Shown: positions 1 to 10,921, counted from the stretch's first letter. The stretch is 64,000 nucleotides of DNA from Nemertoderma westbladi (GCA_032718475.1 JAUCBJ010008178.1:62001-126000); one strand, 5' to 3'. Notes: generated from the sequence alone by a model not told the origin. Made by a program: numbers and translations.

Positions 1-1644
1 GTATGCCTCGCAGTTGATCATGCTGTTTCTCCACTTTTTGTTTATAAGGATGTAATCCAGTTGTGCTTTGGTTCCATTAGGGTATTGAAAGGTCCATAGC
101 TTCCCCTTACTCTTTTCGAATGTGTTGTTTGTTGGTATCAATTCACATTCTTCCATTAGGTCTAAAAGTAAGTACCCATTTCTGTTAGGGTACCCACGTA
201 CCATTTCTGATGAAGTAAGCCGTTCATAAACTGGTAGAATATATTGCAAATCACTTTCAGATAAATAAGGTGCAGGTTTGTAATCTTTATCTCCATTCAG
301 GAATCGACTCCACTTGTCTGAAGGGCATTTGGAATGTTGCTTCTCTGAGTCTGTAAAATTGCAGTGATGGTAAATAGCAGCTACAATTTCAGTTTGAATT
401 TTCTTTATTAGATCATCACATTCCTGTGTAGTAAGAGTTTCCATGTCATCATCCTTCATGTTGCTCACTATGGTGTTCCTATAATAACTTGAGAGCTGTT
501 GACATCGTTTATCTGTAAGACGACCTATGCCACCTAACCTGTGAGTCTGGCGTGCCTTACTGAGACCTGTGTACAATCGTTTCGATACGTGATTCAGGCA
601 TTCTTGCTTGGTCACTACAACTCCTTCATCCTTATAAGGATCTGCCTCGATAATGCCCTTCATTACGCTACTATCGCCATCTAATAGACAAGATAGACGA
701 ATAGACAAGATTATATTTGTCTACGGATCTACAGAATAGTTTTTTTCGCTATATGGTTCCATGGCGCCACTAGAACCAGCAAAGTTTTTAGAACATTTGT
801 GACCAGTTGAAAATTCAGATAAATATTTTGATTTATCACAAATATGACAGTATTTAGAGCAGATATAATAGTCTAAAATATATCCTGTAGCAGCAGAAAT
901 AACAAAACCAATACCTTTGATTTGGTTATAATACTTTGATTTGTGACCACGAGTTAGCCATAAACCATCAAATGAAACACCAATATATCTTTCGAATTCT
1001 AGAATTGCACAGTTGGTCATATTGCCGTTGGCGAGTTTAGTAGCAACATCAGCAATATAAGATACATATTTGGTCCAAGTATTAGTCGTAACGAGGCTGG
1101 GCAAAGTCATAACCCTAGAGAATGAATCCGCAGCGGTACGCTTACAGCCACTACAGAGCCAGGCAAAAACTCCTCTCAGGTTTACATCAGCTATCATTCT
1201 TGATGAATCGAATGGACTAACGATTTCACTGCTGGACTTAGTAGTATATTACCAATCGCATAATGAGCATTCACCGACAAAGTTAGACTGATAACCAGCG
1301 ACAGAACTTTGCGAAACAGACACTGATTTAGTTCCATCACTAGCGCTACAACAATTATGCATTTCTGTAATCAAATTTGTCACTAATTCAATAGACATTA
1401 GGCAGTAACCTTTGAAATTTGATGAACCTTCCTGGGGCGGATCCAATGTATTTATTTTATCGACTAATGGTACTGATGTACTAACAACGGTACCGTTACC
1501 ATCCTTGCTGGTAGATTCCATACCTTGACCATCAGCTAGAGTGCCAGTAATTGAAGATGGTGATGTGTCATTGAGTCTTGGCCTTCCGCCTATCCCTCCA
1601 GCTCCTCGTTGACCCTGCCGCTTTCTCTTAGCTGGCCTCGGCAT
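1..1644 (-). pseudogene. Degenerate Mutator-like (MULE/Kolobok-type) DDE transposase, frameshifted, running off the window start
   Basis: Minus-strand fragments in different frames: 1249-1644 (N-terminus), 721-1197 (GVSFDGLWLTRGH..S..G.G; CSKYCHIC; HKCSKNFAGSSGAME) and, by manual translation of ~480-690, LLDGDSS...KQECLNHVSKRL...GRLTDK. These are the D..D and CxxH motifs of this transposase family. There are several frameshifts and a small local duplication at ~684-711. Confidence 0.85.
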
Positions 1645-2206
1645 TATAATAATTATAAATTTATTGTAAAAAAAATATATTGTATGATAGGCCTACCGAT
1701 CAGCACGTGTAATTATAGCTAACTACCGGTAGACGTAGGACTGCTGATTAAATTCGCCAACCGTATCAGAAAGTTTCGCATAAATTGAGTTCCTATGAAC
1801 TAGCTGCTGTTCATCATTAGAAATTGAAGCCGCACAAAATCACAACACCACCGGTGCAGTATTTGCATCCATTCAACTAATTGGCAGACTGAAGTTCACC
1901 ACACACTATCACATGCTGACATGTAATTCAACCCTGCACTATATATCAGTTCATCAGTTCAAAATTCCAGCCAAACTGCAATTGATTACTAGGGCACCCA
2001 GGCCAAGGGCTGTGTAGTTAAAAATCAAAATTTTGTGAAAATTATTAATTTTTTTATGAAATTATAACCTGTCTTGCTCCATAACTTGCCATATATCTTA
2101 AGAACTAGTTGTGCTATTAGAAAATGGTTCACTTTTTCAGAAGCAGCGAAGAATTCTGAACATTAATCGACAATAAAAAAAAATCGAAAATTTTGACCCT
2201 GTAGCC
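1..2206 (-). mobile_element. Mutator/Kolobok-like DNA transposon remnant; probable terminus at ~2206
   Basis: Contains the transposase pseudogene. The sequence ...aaaatcgaaaattttgaccctgtagcc|ttac resembles an RR..YY terminus next to a TTAA-like site. The other end lies outside the window, so the boundary is not confirmed. Confidence 0.5.
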
Positions 2207-2527
2207 TTACATACTTGATATAATATTTTTTTTTTTTTAAAAGTAACGTTATAAGTTAAGTTTCAAAAACAGCAGTTTCTCGACCCTTGTACATACACTG
2301 AAAAAAGTAACTACATCTCGTTTGAAAAAGTGCCACTATCAATTATTAGTGGCATTAATTAATTTTTAAAGTTGCGATTTTACTAAACTGCAATTTTTTT
2401 CGAAATATGAAATTATTTATTTTTCCAAATTACAAAAACCCATTTTGTTAAATTTAATTAAATGTACTTCAAGAATATACCAGGTTATGTAAATTACTAA
2501 ATATATTAAAGTTCCACTTTTTTAAAT

Positions 2528-2688
2528 TTCTGTAAAAAGGTGCGCTTTTAAACAATTTAGTGTTGTGTTGTAAAGTGCTACTTTAAAACAAAAAATTAAA
2601 ACGTGTCCTTTTCTGTAAAAAGTTGCGATTTTAAACAATTTATTGTTATGTGTTGTAAAGTGCTACTTTAAAACAAAAAATTAAAAGT
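2528..2688. repeat. Left subterminal tandem duplication (~85 bp x2) of the CACTA element
   Basis: tctgtaaaaag.tgcg.ttttaaacaattta.tgtt..gtgttgtaaagtgctactttaaaacaaaaaattaaaa occurs twice. Confidence 0.8.
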
Positions 2689-3094
2689 ACCCTAATCAGT
2701 AAACAGTTATGATTTTAAACTTTTAACGCAAACGTGACCCATTAAAATGTGAATATTGCGTAAAAAGATACGATATGCTTTAAAGGAAACAAACCATATC
2801 TTAGGAGGATTGAAGAGCCTCTTTAAATTAAAATTCAATAACATGCACTTTTTAAACTTTTTGTAAAGAGTTACTGCCTGGTACAGTTGTTAAGAAGTTG
2901 ACCGGTATACAGAACCTGTATACGTACATTTAGTTTCGGTTTATTGTAAGTCAACATAACAGCTGTGCTAATTGTTCTATATGCTTCCATTGAATCGGCA
3001 TACCGGTACTTAGTGGTTATCAGATATATTGCATTATTTTATTAGTACCGGTACGTGAGTTGTATATTATTTGGAATAAATCGTAGAATTTACT

Positions 3095-3490
3095 GTGGGG
3101 CGAGCTTCAAAGTGAGAGAGCCAAAGCATATATGGGTACCATTAACGAGTTGTATGTCGTCGTCGTCATACATTTGTGATGCTAATAACTCGGTCATTCC
3201 TTGATGAAATTAAACCAAACCTTGTCCGTATGTAGTACTTCAAAAGTGTAGTCTAAAGAATCTGAAGTTTGGTCAAAAATCAAACAGTCTGTCAGTCGCT
3301 ACCGGTAGTTTAAGACTTTTGATAGAAAACGAAATAACTCAAGTCAATCATTGATGAAATTAAACCAAACTTAGTAGACATGTTGTCTGTCAAAGGTTTA
3401 GAAATTGTACACACATACAAACTTCTCTAGTTCATCTGTATACCGCTAGGGGGCGAATTGTCAGAAACGTAGAAGTAGTTAGTTAGTTAT
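3095..3490 (+). mobile_element. Possible Helentron/HINE (DINE-1-like) non-autonomous fragment nested in the CACTA element
   Basis: ggcgagct motif, (GTC)n microsatellite at ~3156, ~150-bp internal repeat core (aataactc...ttgatgaaattaaaccaaac at ~3184 and ~3333) and a ccgctagggggcg motif. This architecture resembles invertebrate HINEs. Confidence 0.4.
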
Positions 3491-3746
3491 TATACTGTAG
3501 TAGCTGTATAGTGCCAACCTTTAGATTCATCTCTAATTTGGCAAGAGTGTCCTAAGTGCATATACTGTACAAAGTAGAGAAGTTAACGAAGTACAGTAGA
3601 GCAAACAGAAACATAAGTACTCGGATTACAGCTTTCTCGGGATATTTGGGGCATTCTCGCTCTCGGGTTTGCTAAATCTCGTGATGCGCGAAGGCCCCTC
3701 GAATGTGTGTTACCTACTATAAGTATACCACAAATAACACACAATA

Positions 3747-6092
3747 ATGGACCGCTATTTGAAAATAAAGAGGTACTCAAAGAACTTTAAGGTTACCTGC
3801 ATTGCTCCGATTAGTAAAAGGAACAAATGTGGTAAAACATATGTAGCATATTACGCTTTAAGAAGTCACATGTTTCGTACTCATAGAATTACAGGCATGG
3901 ATAATATTGCAGAAAACATCGTCGCACCTATAGAATTGGGAGGTCATGAAAATTGTGACGTTATTTTGGAGAATGAATATCCTTTCCTTAGCCGAGGAAC
4001 ACTCCCAATGCCAATACTAGACTCCGACGACGTTGCACCTACAGAACAACCTGCTGGTGGAAGAGAGGATGATTTGATGGAAGCATTGTTCCTATTACGG
4101 TGCAAACATGAAAGCAAGATTTCCGAAAAAGGATTAAACCAAACAATTATCAATTTAAAAGAATTACTAACTTCTAAATCTTATGAGGGAGCAGACCGTT
4201 TATTCCAAAACTTATCATCTACTTACAAACGTCATATTTTTTATAAGGATCACTACGGGTTAGTAGATGCAGAATCTGTTCCCCTTCCAAATGGGTCAAA
4301 TTTTGTTTACATTCCAATACTTAGTCAGATTCAACAAATTTTAACAAATGCAGAAATATTTAATGAAGTTAAAACTAAGAGATTCACCAGAACGGATGTG
4401 TTTACTGATATATGTGACGGTGTAGTATACAAAAATCACCCCCTTCTTAAACTTACACTTGAGAATAATGCAGTCCTTCTAGAATTTATACTCTATTATG
4501 ATGAAGTAGAATTTGCAAATCCACTTGGAACCCATATTCGGAAATATAAACTCGGTATGTTTTATTGGACTCTATCCAACATTCGTCTTCAGTTTCGAAG
4601 CAAACTGCGCACTATTTTTCTTACAGCAATTTGTTTCCATGCCGACATTCGAGAGTTTATGAGATACATTCTCGATGATTTTATCAGGGCGATGAATATT
4701 TTATCAACAGGGTACATTATAAATGAACTGATGTATTACGGGGCACTATTTTGCTTTGTGGGTGATAATCCAGCAGCCTCATTGGTGGGTGGCTTCAAAG
4801 AAAGTGCCATGGCTGAATCATTTTGTAGAAGTTGCATGTTAAAAAACAAAGACATGAAGGACGGGTTTGTATATGAAAACCTTATAATTCGAACACTTAA
4901 TAAACATCACGAGCAGATTATATCAGCCACAAGTGAAGAACTGCCTGCTTACAGAAGACTAGAAAATTCTAAGAATTTTGGTGTCAATGGTGTGAGTCCT
5001 TTAGACGAAGTCCCACACTTCGATGTTACGCAGGGTATAATCCATGATGTACATCATGACATATTAGAAGGCGTTTTAATCGTGCATATCAAATATTTAC
5101 TACATTATACAATAATTAGAAAAAAACATCTTACGTTGGACGATTTCAATCGAAAACTCTTTTTTCATAACTTCACATGCGCAGAATGCAAGGATGTACC
5201 ATCAAAAATAGAGCAACGTCAACTGATATCTCCTGAAATGTATTCGTTACGCCAAACGGCTATCCAGACTCTCAACTTGGCTTACGCTTTACCTGAGATA
5301 TTAGGAGAATATTTTTCTGAAAACAATATCAGGTGGTACTGTTTTATAAAATTCCTAACAATTGTATATACATTAATGTCTTTCCACATAACATCCGCCG
5401 ACCTTCTACATCTTCAATGGCTTATCGAGACACATTGCAAGACATTCTGCCGAATATATAAAAAATGTTTCCCAAAGCTGCATTATTTAATGCACATGGT
5501 TGATGACATACTTAATTTTGGACCGCCACGATGCCGCTGGGCCATGAGATTCGAGGGTCAGCATGCCGTTCTAAAGCGATGGCTAAAGACCCAACAGAGT
5601 TTTAAGAACATCATTCATTTTTTAGCAAATAAATTTCAAGAAAATACCACATACGAATTGGCCTGCAATAGCGACCGATTTCTCTTCGAACTTGTTACTG
5701 GCAACAAAAGTTTGGGCTTCCGACAAGATTGCAATATTGGTCCAGCAGATAATGTGGAATTGTGCGACTTCCAAAAGGTGTCATATTTTGGGCAAAGTTT
5801 CGAACTGAATAAAAGCGTGATAAAAATTCCTAAATTCATCAATGATCTCCCAGTTTTTGGAGTTATCACACGATTGCGTTTGTTGAATAGTGGGAGGGAT
5901 TGTCTTTTAACCTATATTCAATTGTGTACTACCCACTATATTTCTCATATAAACTGCTATCAAGTTATTGATACGGGGAAGCTCCCTCCAAAAAATATTT
6001 GGTTCTCAAACTTTAACGAATTTATTAGGGAATATCGCATACACACATACAAAAATATGTATGTTGTGCAATCTAAATTTTGGGAGCAGTAG
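3747..6092 (+). CDS. EnSpm/CACTA transposase, 781 aa, uninterrupted, N-terminal C2H2-like zinc finger
   Basis: Motifs FTDICDG..YK.HP, LYYDEVEFANPLG..KYKLGMFYWTL.NI, GDNPAASLVGGF..S....CRSC, D.HHDILEG, PKLHYLMH and GPP...WAMRFE..H are typical of animal EnSpm transposases. The ORF lies inside CACTG TIRs. Confidence 0.92.
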   Translation: MDRYLKIKRYSKNFKVTCIAPISKRNKCGKTYVAYYALRSHMFRTHRITGMDNIAENIVAPIELGGHENCDVILENEYPFLSRGTLPMPILDSDDVAPTEQPAGGREDDLMEALFLLRCKHESKISEKGLNQTIINLKELLTSKSYEGADRLFQNLSSTYKRHIFYKDHYGLVDAESVPLPNGSNFVYIPILSQIQQILTNAEIFNEVKTKRFTRTDVFTDICDGVVYKNHPLLKLTLENNAVLLEFILYYDEVEFANPLGTHIRKYKLGMFYWTLSNIRLQFRSKLRTIFLTAICFHADIREFMRYILDDFIRAMNILSTGYIINELMYYGALFCFVGDNPAASLVGGFKESAMAESFCRSCMLKNKDMKDGFVYENLIIRTLNKHHEQIISATSEELPAYRRLENSKNFGVNGVSPLDEVPHFDVTQGIIHDVHHDILEGVLIVHIKYLLHYTIIRKKHLTLDDFNRKLFFHNFTCAECKDVPSKIEQRQLISPEMYSLRQTAIQTLNLAYALPEILGEYFSENNIRWYCFIKFLTIVYTLMSFHITSADLLHLQWLIETHCKTFCRIYKKCFPKLHYLMHMVDDILNFGPPRCRWAMRFEGQHAVLKRWLKTQQSFKNIIHFLANKFQENTTYELACNSDRFLFELVTGNKSLGFRQDCNIGPADNVELCDFQKVSYFGQSFELNKSVIKIPKFINDLPVFGVITRLRLLNSGRDCLLTYIQLCTTHYISHINCYQVIDTGKLPPKNIWFSNFNEFIREYRIHTYKNMYVVQSKFWEQ

Positions 6093-6154
6093 TGCAAGGG
6101 TGAGGGTGTTGTGGGGGGGGGGGGGTGGTTGGTCTCGTCGTATTCATGTATATT

Positions 6155-6530
6155 ATATATATATATATATTTTAATTAACAAGCCAGGGGAGCGGCACTT
6201 AAACAACAACTGGACCGTAAAAGGTTAAAATATAGACAAATAAATAATTATGTAAAAAGTATTAAAAAGCACGAAAATTTAGAATTCCTTGGTTACGTTA
6301 CAACTGAGGATTGATCTTGGTTGCTAACTCAGTAAGACTGCGCGAATTTCCTGGACAATCCAGCAAGTGTAGAAGAGGAGCCGCTCCACCGCACAACTTG
6401 CAACGGCAATCTGGGGAAATATCGTGGAAAACATTAGATTGGCAGACCAGATGGTGAAAGCCGTTAATCGAGAAGCGTGCGATTACGTGTCTGGATTCAG
6501 ATCTTGGCTTGGTCCAGTTCCTGTTTATAA
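6155..6530 (-). mobile_element. 5'-truncated non-LTR retrotransposon (3' end with CCHC zinc knuckle) nested between the two CACTA genes
   Basis: Perfect 13-bp TSD attcatgtatatt (6142-6154 and 6531-6543). The minus-strand ORF end ...CRCKLCGGAAPLLHLLDC... (Cx2Cx7Hx3C) stops at 6298, followed by a 3'UTR, ATTAAA and a (TA)n tail. Confidence 0.8.
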
Positions 6531-6871
6531 ATTCATGTATATTGGTGGTAGGTAAAAGTAGGCCTATCATATCTCCTGCATCCTACCCACAGCCTGACAG
6601 CTGCACAGCATGCAGTTCTCAGAGTACCGGTACTGCTGGACTGGAGTTTACAGATGAACTGCATAACTGCCAAGTGTGCTCCTGGTGTGCTGTGATTTGC
6701 AGATATGTGCTAGTGCGTGTAGTCGTAGTGCTAACTAAACTAATCTAACTGCCTGGCTTAAAAAAGTGTTAAAACAGAAAAAAAAAACATTACCGGTACC
6801 GGGACGCGGTACATACCTCCACAGCTCCACCAGTCCACCGGTTCGGTAGCCTACATCAGTACCTACATACA

Positions 6872-8185
6872 ATGTCGCGGTGTTGCGGTAAAGGCGATAA
6901 TCTAAGTGCAGAGTTTAGTTTCTGCCCACACTGTGGGGAGGAACAGAAAAAAAACACTGCATGTCCAAGTTGCGGGAAACAGCTAGATCCTGCATGGGTT
7001 AGTTGCCCATTTTGCCCAGTGCGTCCACATACCAACATGGGGATGGGTACTGGTACCGGTACATCTGGATGTGATACCGGTGGTCCTACAGCTACCGGTA
7101 CCGGCGGTGCTGCTAGTGCTAGTTGTCATCGAACACCACGATCTCAATTAGATACGAAAGTCGAAAATGGAATCACGTATTATATTCCACCTCTACGCGA
7201 ATCGTCTTCCGGAAATAAGCAACCGAGAGTCCCAGTAATTCAACTGGAAATAACCGCACAAGATGTAGCCAAGGATACTCCTGGATTTCGTCGAGCCGTT
7301 CGTCAATTTCTATCTGACTTCGAAAGTCGGAATATTTGCGATATTTATCAAATGGCGGAATCAGTATGTTCTGTGTATCCGGAGATGCAGATTAAACACC
7401 ACCGCCTTCACGATAAAACTGCATTTTTCCGTCATAAGTTATCCGTACACAAGGCGAACAAGTCTTACCGGCACAGGGGTGCTGCAGCCGATAGGCCTAA
7501 GGATACCACCGTTGATCCATCCAAGGCCTACAACAAGGGCGATGACAATGAAAGTGTTACTACCGGTACCGATACTTCGGTAAAATCGACTGCTGTGGCG
7601 GATCAAGTGTTGAGTAAGGCTGCAACTAAGAGATTTACTGGGTGCAATGCAAACGAATGAAAGTGAACGTGTTGACGGCTAAGAAAAAATTTAAAAAACC
7701 AAGAAGGAAACAGGTTCTTGTAGACCTACAGGAGGATCTGCGGAGTTCAGATGATCCCGAATCGGATAATTCCGATTCAACAACCGCTTCCAGTTCGAGC
7801 CTCGAGTCAGTGTCTATTTCGGAGTCAGATTTAGGAGATACTGACAATGTTCCTGGAGGAGGAGGCGGCGCTCTCATTTGGGCGAGAATGAGAAAAAAGG
7901 ATATACCCTGGCCTGGTAAGGTTTCTGTTGCACCAGATGGAACTGACCCTCCTCCGGAAAAAAATGGGGGGTTGTCTATGGGTATACTTTTTTGGGACGG
8001 GGAATGCTTGTTGGGTGAGGGAAGTCCAAGAAGAATATATATTCCCTTACAAAGAATTCCGCGCGGAATTTAGCTACCCTAAAGGCCAAGTGCCCCACTC
8101 ATTCGCAGCCGCACTAGAAAATATTGAGAAGGAGTACCTTAGTCGAGAGTACGGTACTGAGACTGTCAACGTAACTGAGTCATAA
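6872..8185 (+). pseudogene. CACTA accessory gene (ORF2): N-terminal double zinc ribbon, acidic/basic linker, C-terminal PWWP domain; split by two apparent frameshifts
   Basis: 6872-7660 encodes CPHCGE...CPSCGKQLDPAWVSCPFC. 7642-~7960 encodes KKKFKKPRRK (NLS-like), a Ser/Asp-rich tract and LIWARMRKKDIPWPGKV. The frame of 7928-8185 continues with CLWVYFFGTGNACWV...IFPYKEF...SFAAALENIE, the canonical PWWP fold motifs. Shifts fall at ~7630-7657 and at the A7-T-G6 run 7958-7971. Confidence 0.8.
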
Positions 8186-8983
8186 GTTGTAAATAGGACA
8201 CTGAAATCGTTAGAACTGATACGGCAGAGAAGAATAATTTAGTTATGTTATGGCGAATGGCGTTTTGTCAGTTACAAACTAATGAACTGAATTTTGTTGC
8301 AAATATGGATAGTTTAGGCTGAACTGTGGTGTTTTATTTTATGTAGAATGTAGATTGGTCATGTCTTGGTCATGACATTGTTCATGTTATCTTCATATAG
8401 ATGGAAGATGGGTGCACAGTAGCAGGATTGCATCTGTGAGTTAAGAACTAAACTGAACTTATTATATTTTAGGCATTTTATTATATCGATTACATGGATT
8501 AGTTATTTTGTTTTTATATTGCCTTATTATTGTAGTACTGTCAACTAACATGTACGACATTGTAATATTCTGTATGCACGCGGTATGGCCTTACTGACCA
8601 GTCCAGTATAGGCCAGTCCGTGCATGTAATATATTTGTCGTACATGTTCGTTGCGTTATACGTTATATGTCATGTGTTATACCAGTATATATAACTATCT
8701 GTTTATGATGTAACCGAAGCAGCGGCTGGCATAGCAACTGTAAAACTGTTCTGTGTTAAGTATTTGATCAATCTCGTGTATATTAATAGCCATAATTATA
8801 ATAATTGATTCTCGTGTTGTTTATTATTCTTTATTAAACTTTTATGGGGATAAACTTTGGGGTCAATATTCATCATACCTTAAACATATGACTTCATTTA
8901 ATTTAAAGAAATTTACACTCATTATTAAAAAGAATACAAGTTCCCCTTTGATAAGCAAACCAAACTAGTTCTTCTTTACAGTG

Positions 8984-9545
8984 AAAAGTACCTCTTTTTC
9001 ACATACTAAGTAATATAAATTGATCTTAAATATTGCGGGGAGTGGTATTTTTAAATAGAAAGTAGCACTTTAATTGGAAATAAAGTACCACTTTATATTT
9101 TAATAAGTGCTGCTTAATCTAAAAAGTGCATGTTTTAAATGATTAATCGTACAAATAAAGTACCTATTACAAATAAAAGTACCTCTTTTTCACATACTAA
9201 GAAATATAAATGCATCTTAAATATACGGGGAGTGGCATTTTTAAATAGAAAGTAGCACTTTAATTGGAAATAAAGTACCACTTTATATTTTAATAAGTGC
9301 TGCTTAATCTAAAAAGTGCATGTTTTAAATGATTAATCGTACAAATAAAGTACCTATTACAAATAAAAGTACCTCTTTTTCACATACTAAGAAATATAAA
9401 TGCATCTTAAATATACGGGGAGTGGCATTTTTAAATAGAAAGTAGCACTTTAATTGGAAATAAAGTACCACTTTATATTTTAATAAGTGCTGCTTAATCT
9501 AAAAAGTGCATGTTTTAAATGATTATCCCACAAGTAAAGTACATA
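8984..9545. repeat. Right subterminal tandem repeat (~190 bp x3) of the CACTA element
   Basis: aaaagtacctcttttt(t)cacatactaag...aaaagtgcatgttttaaatgatta repeated three times. Confidence 0.88.
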
Positions 9546-9868
9546 TTACATAAAAAAAAGCTGAGCTTTTTTCCTACTAATGAATATAAAAACGTAAATA
9601 ATATTCAGAAAAGTGTCGTTTTGTAAACAGAAAATCAGTACTAACATTATCAAAAAAGTACCACTTTTTAGAGTAATTAAAAGTGATCTTTTCTGCTCCT
9701 TGAAAAAGTGCCATTTTTATATTGTAATAAAAAGTGACTCTTTTTGCTACTTGAAAAAGTGCCGGTTTTTCAAAAAAGCGTATCTCGTTTGAGTACTCAA
9801 AACCAGATGCACTTTTTTGGAAAATCGGCACTTTTTTATGAAAAAAGTACAACTTCGTTTTTTCAGTG

Positions 9869-10561
9869 TAAATGTCTGTCTGCATCACATTATATAGAAC
9901 TAAATGTCTGTCTGCATCACATTATATATAACTAAATGTCTGTCTGCATCACATTATATATAACTAAATGTCTGTCTGCATCACATTATATATAACTAAA
10001 TGTCTGTCTGCATCACATTATATATAACTAAATGTCTGTCTGCATCACATTATATAGAACTAAATGTCTGTCTGCATCACATTATATATAACTAAATGTC
10101 TGTCTGCATCACATTATATATAACTAAATGTCTGTCTGCATCACATTATATAGAACTAAATGTCTGTCTGCATCACATTATATATAACTAAATGTCTGTC
10201 TGCATCACATTATATATAACTAAATGTCTGTCTGCATCACATTATATATAACTAAATGTCTGTCTGCATCACATTATATAGAACTAAATGTCTGTCTGCA
10301 TCACATTATATAGAACTAAATGTCTGTCTGCATCACATTATATAGAACTAAATGTCTGTCTGCATCACATTATATAGAATAAATGTCTGTCTGCATCACA
10401 TTATATAGAACTAAATGTCTGTCTGCATCACATTATATAGAACTAAATGTCTGTCTGCATCACATTATATATAACTAAATGTCTGTCTGCATCACATTAT
10501 ATAGAACTAAATGTCTGTCTGCATCACATTATATATAACTAAATGTCTGTCTGCATCACAT
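9869..10561. repeat. 32-bp minisatellite (~21-22 copies), TAAATGTCTGTCTGCATCACATTATATA(T/G)AAC
   Basis: Directly visible tandem array running from the CACTA right end to ~28 bp before the splice acceptor at 10589. Confidence 0.97.
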
Positions 10562-10589
10562 CTTGTACGACTGAATGTTTGTCTCACAG

Positions 10590-10738
10590 GTTGTTATCGT
10601 GCTTGTTGCTATCATTATTGTTGTCGGCATAGTCATCTACCGTCGGTTCCCTAAGTCGAGTCGCACAATGAATGGCCACGTGCCACGCCATCGGTCCAGT
10701 GTGAACTATCCAATAGAAGGAATCCTTGGCTCCCATTG
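10590..10738 (+). CDS. R3-type receptor tyrosine phosphatase, transmembrane/juxtamembrane exon variant A
   Basis: cacag|G...TG|gtgagt; encodes VVIVLVAIIIVVGIVIYRRFPKSSRTMNGHVPRHRSSVNYPIEGILGSH; phase 0 to 2, in frame with the exon at 11896. Confidence 0.8.
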
Positions 10739-10775
10739 GTGAGTTTATTCAGTATGTCCGTCATTGTTCCTATAG

Positions 10776-10921
10776 ATTGTTGTAGTCGCTGTTTTGGCCG
10801 TGATTGGAGCGGGACTTCTGTATCTTCGCAAACATAAAGCAACTCATTCGTCAGCGACCAGACCGAAACTCGAAATTCCGCTCGCCAAACAACCGGCCAG
10901 GGCTCTCAGTGTGAATATACG
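10776..10921 (+). CDS. R3-type RPTP, transmembrane/juxtamembrane exon variant B
   Basis: ctatag|ATT...CG|gtaaac; encodes IVVVAVLAVIGAGLLYLRKHKATHSSATRPKLEIPLAKQPARALSVNI(R); phase 0 to 2, the same as variant A. Confidence 0.8.

Larger units (their letters stand above)
2296..9868 (+). mobile_element. Full-length EnSpm/CACTA-superfamily DNA transposon (7573 bp)
   Basis: 11-bp TIR CACTGAAAAAA at 2296 and TTTTTTCAGTG ending at 9868, flanked by a 2-bp TA duplication (2294-2295, 9869-9870). Both ends are rich in AAAAGTGC/AAAGTACC subterminal motifs. Contains a transposase ORF and a second gene. Confidence 0.92.

Noticed and set aside
6298-6570. Independent 90-aa gene on the minus strand of the CACTA element
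   Set aside because: Its start lies outside a 13-bp TSD-bounded insertion; it is the C-terminal remnant of a LINE ORF.
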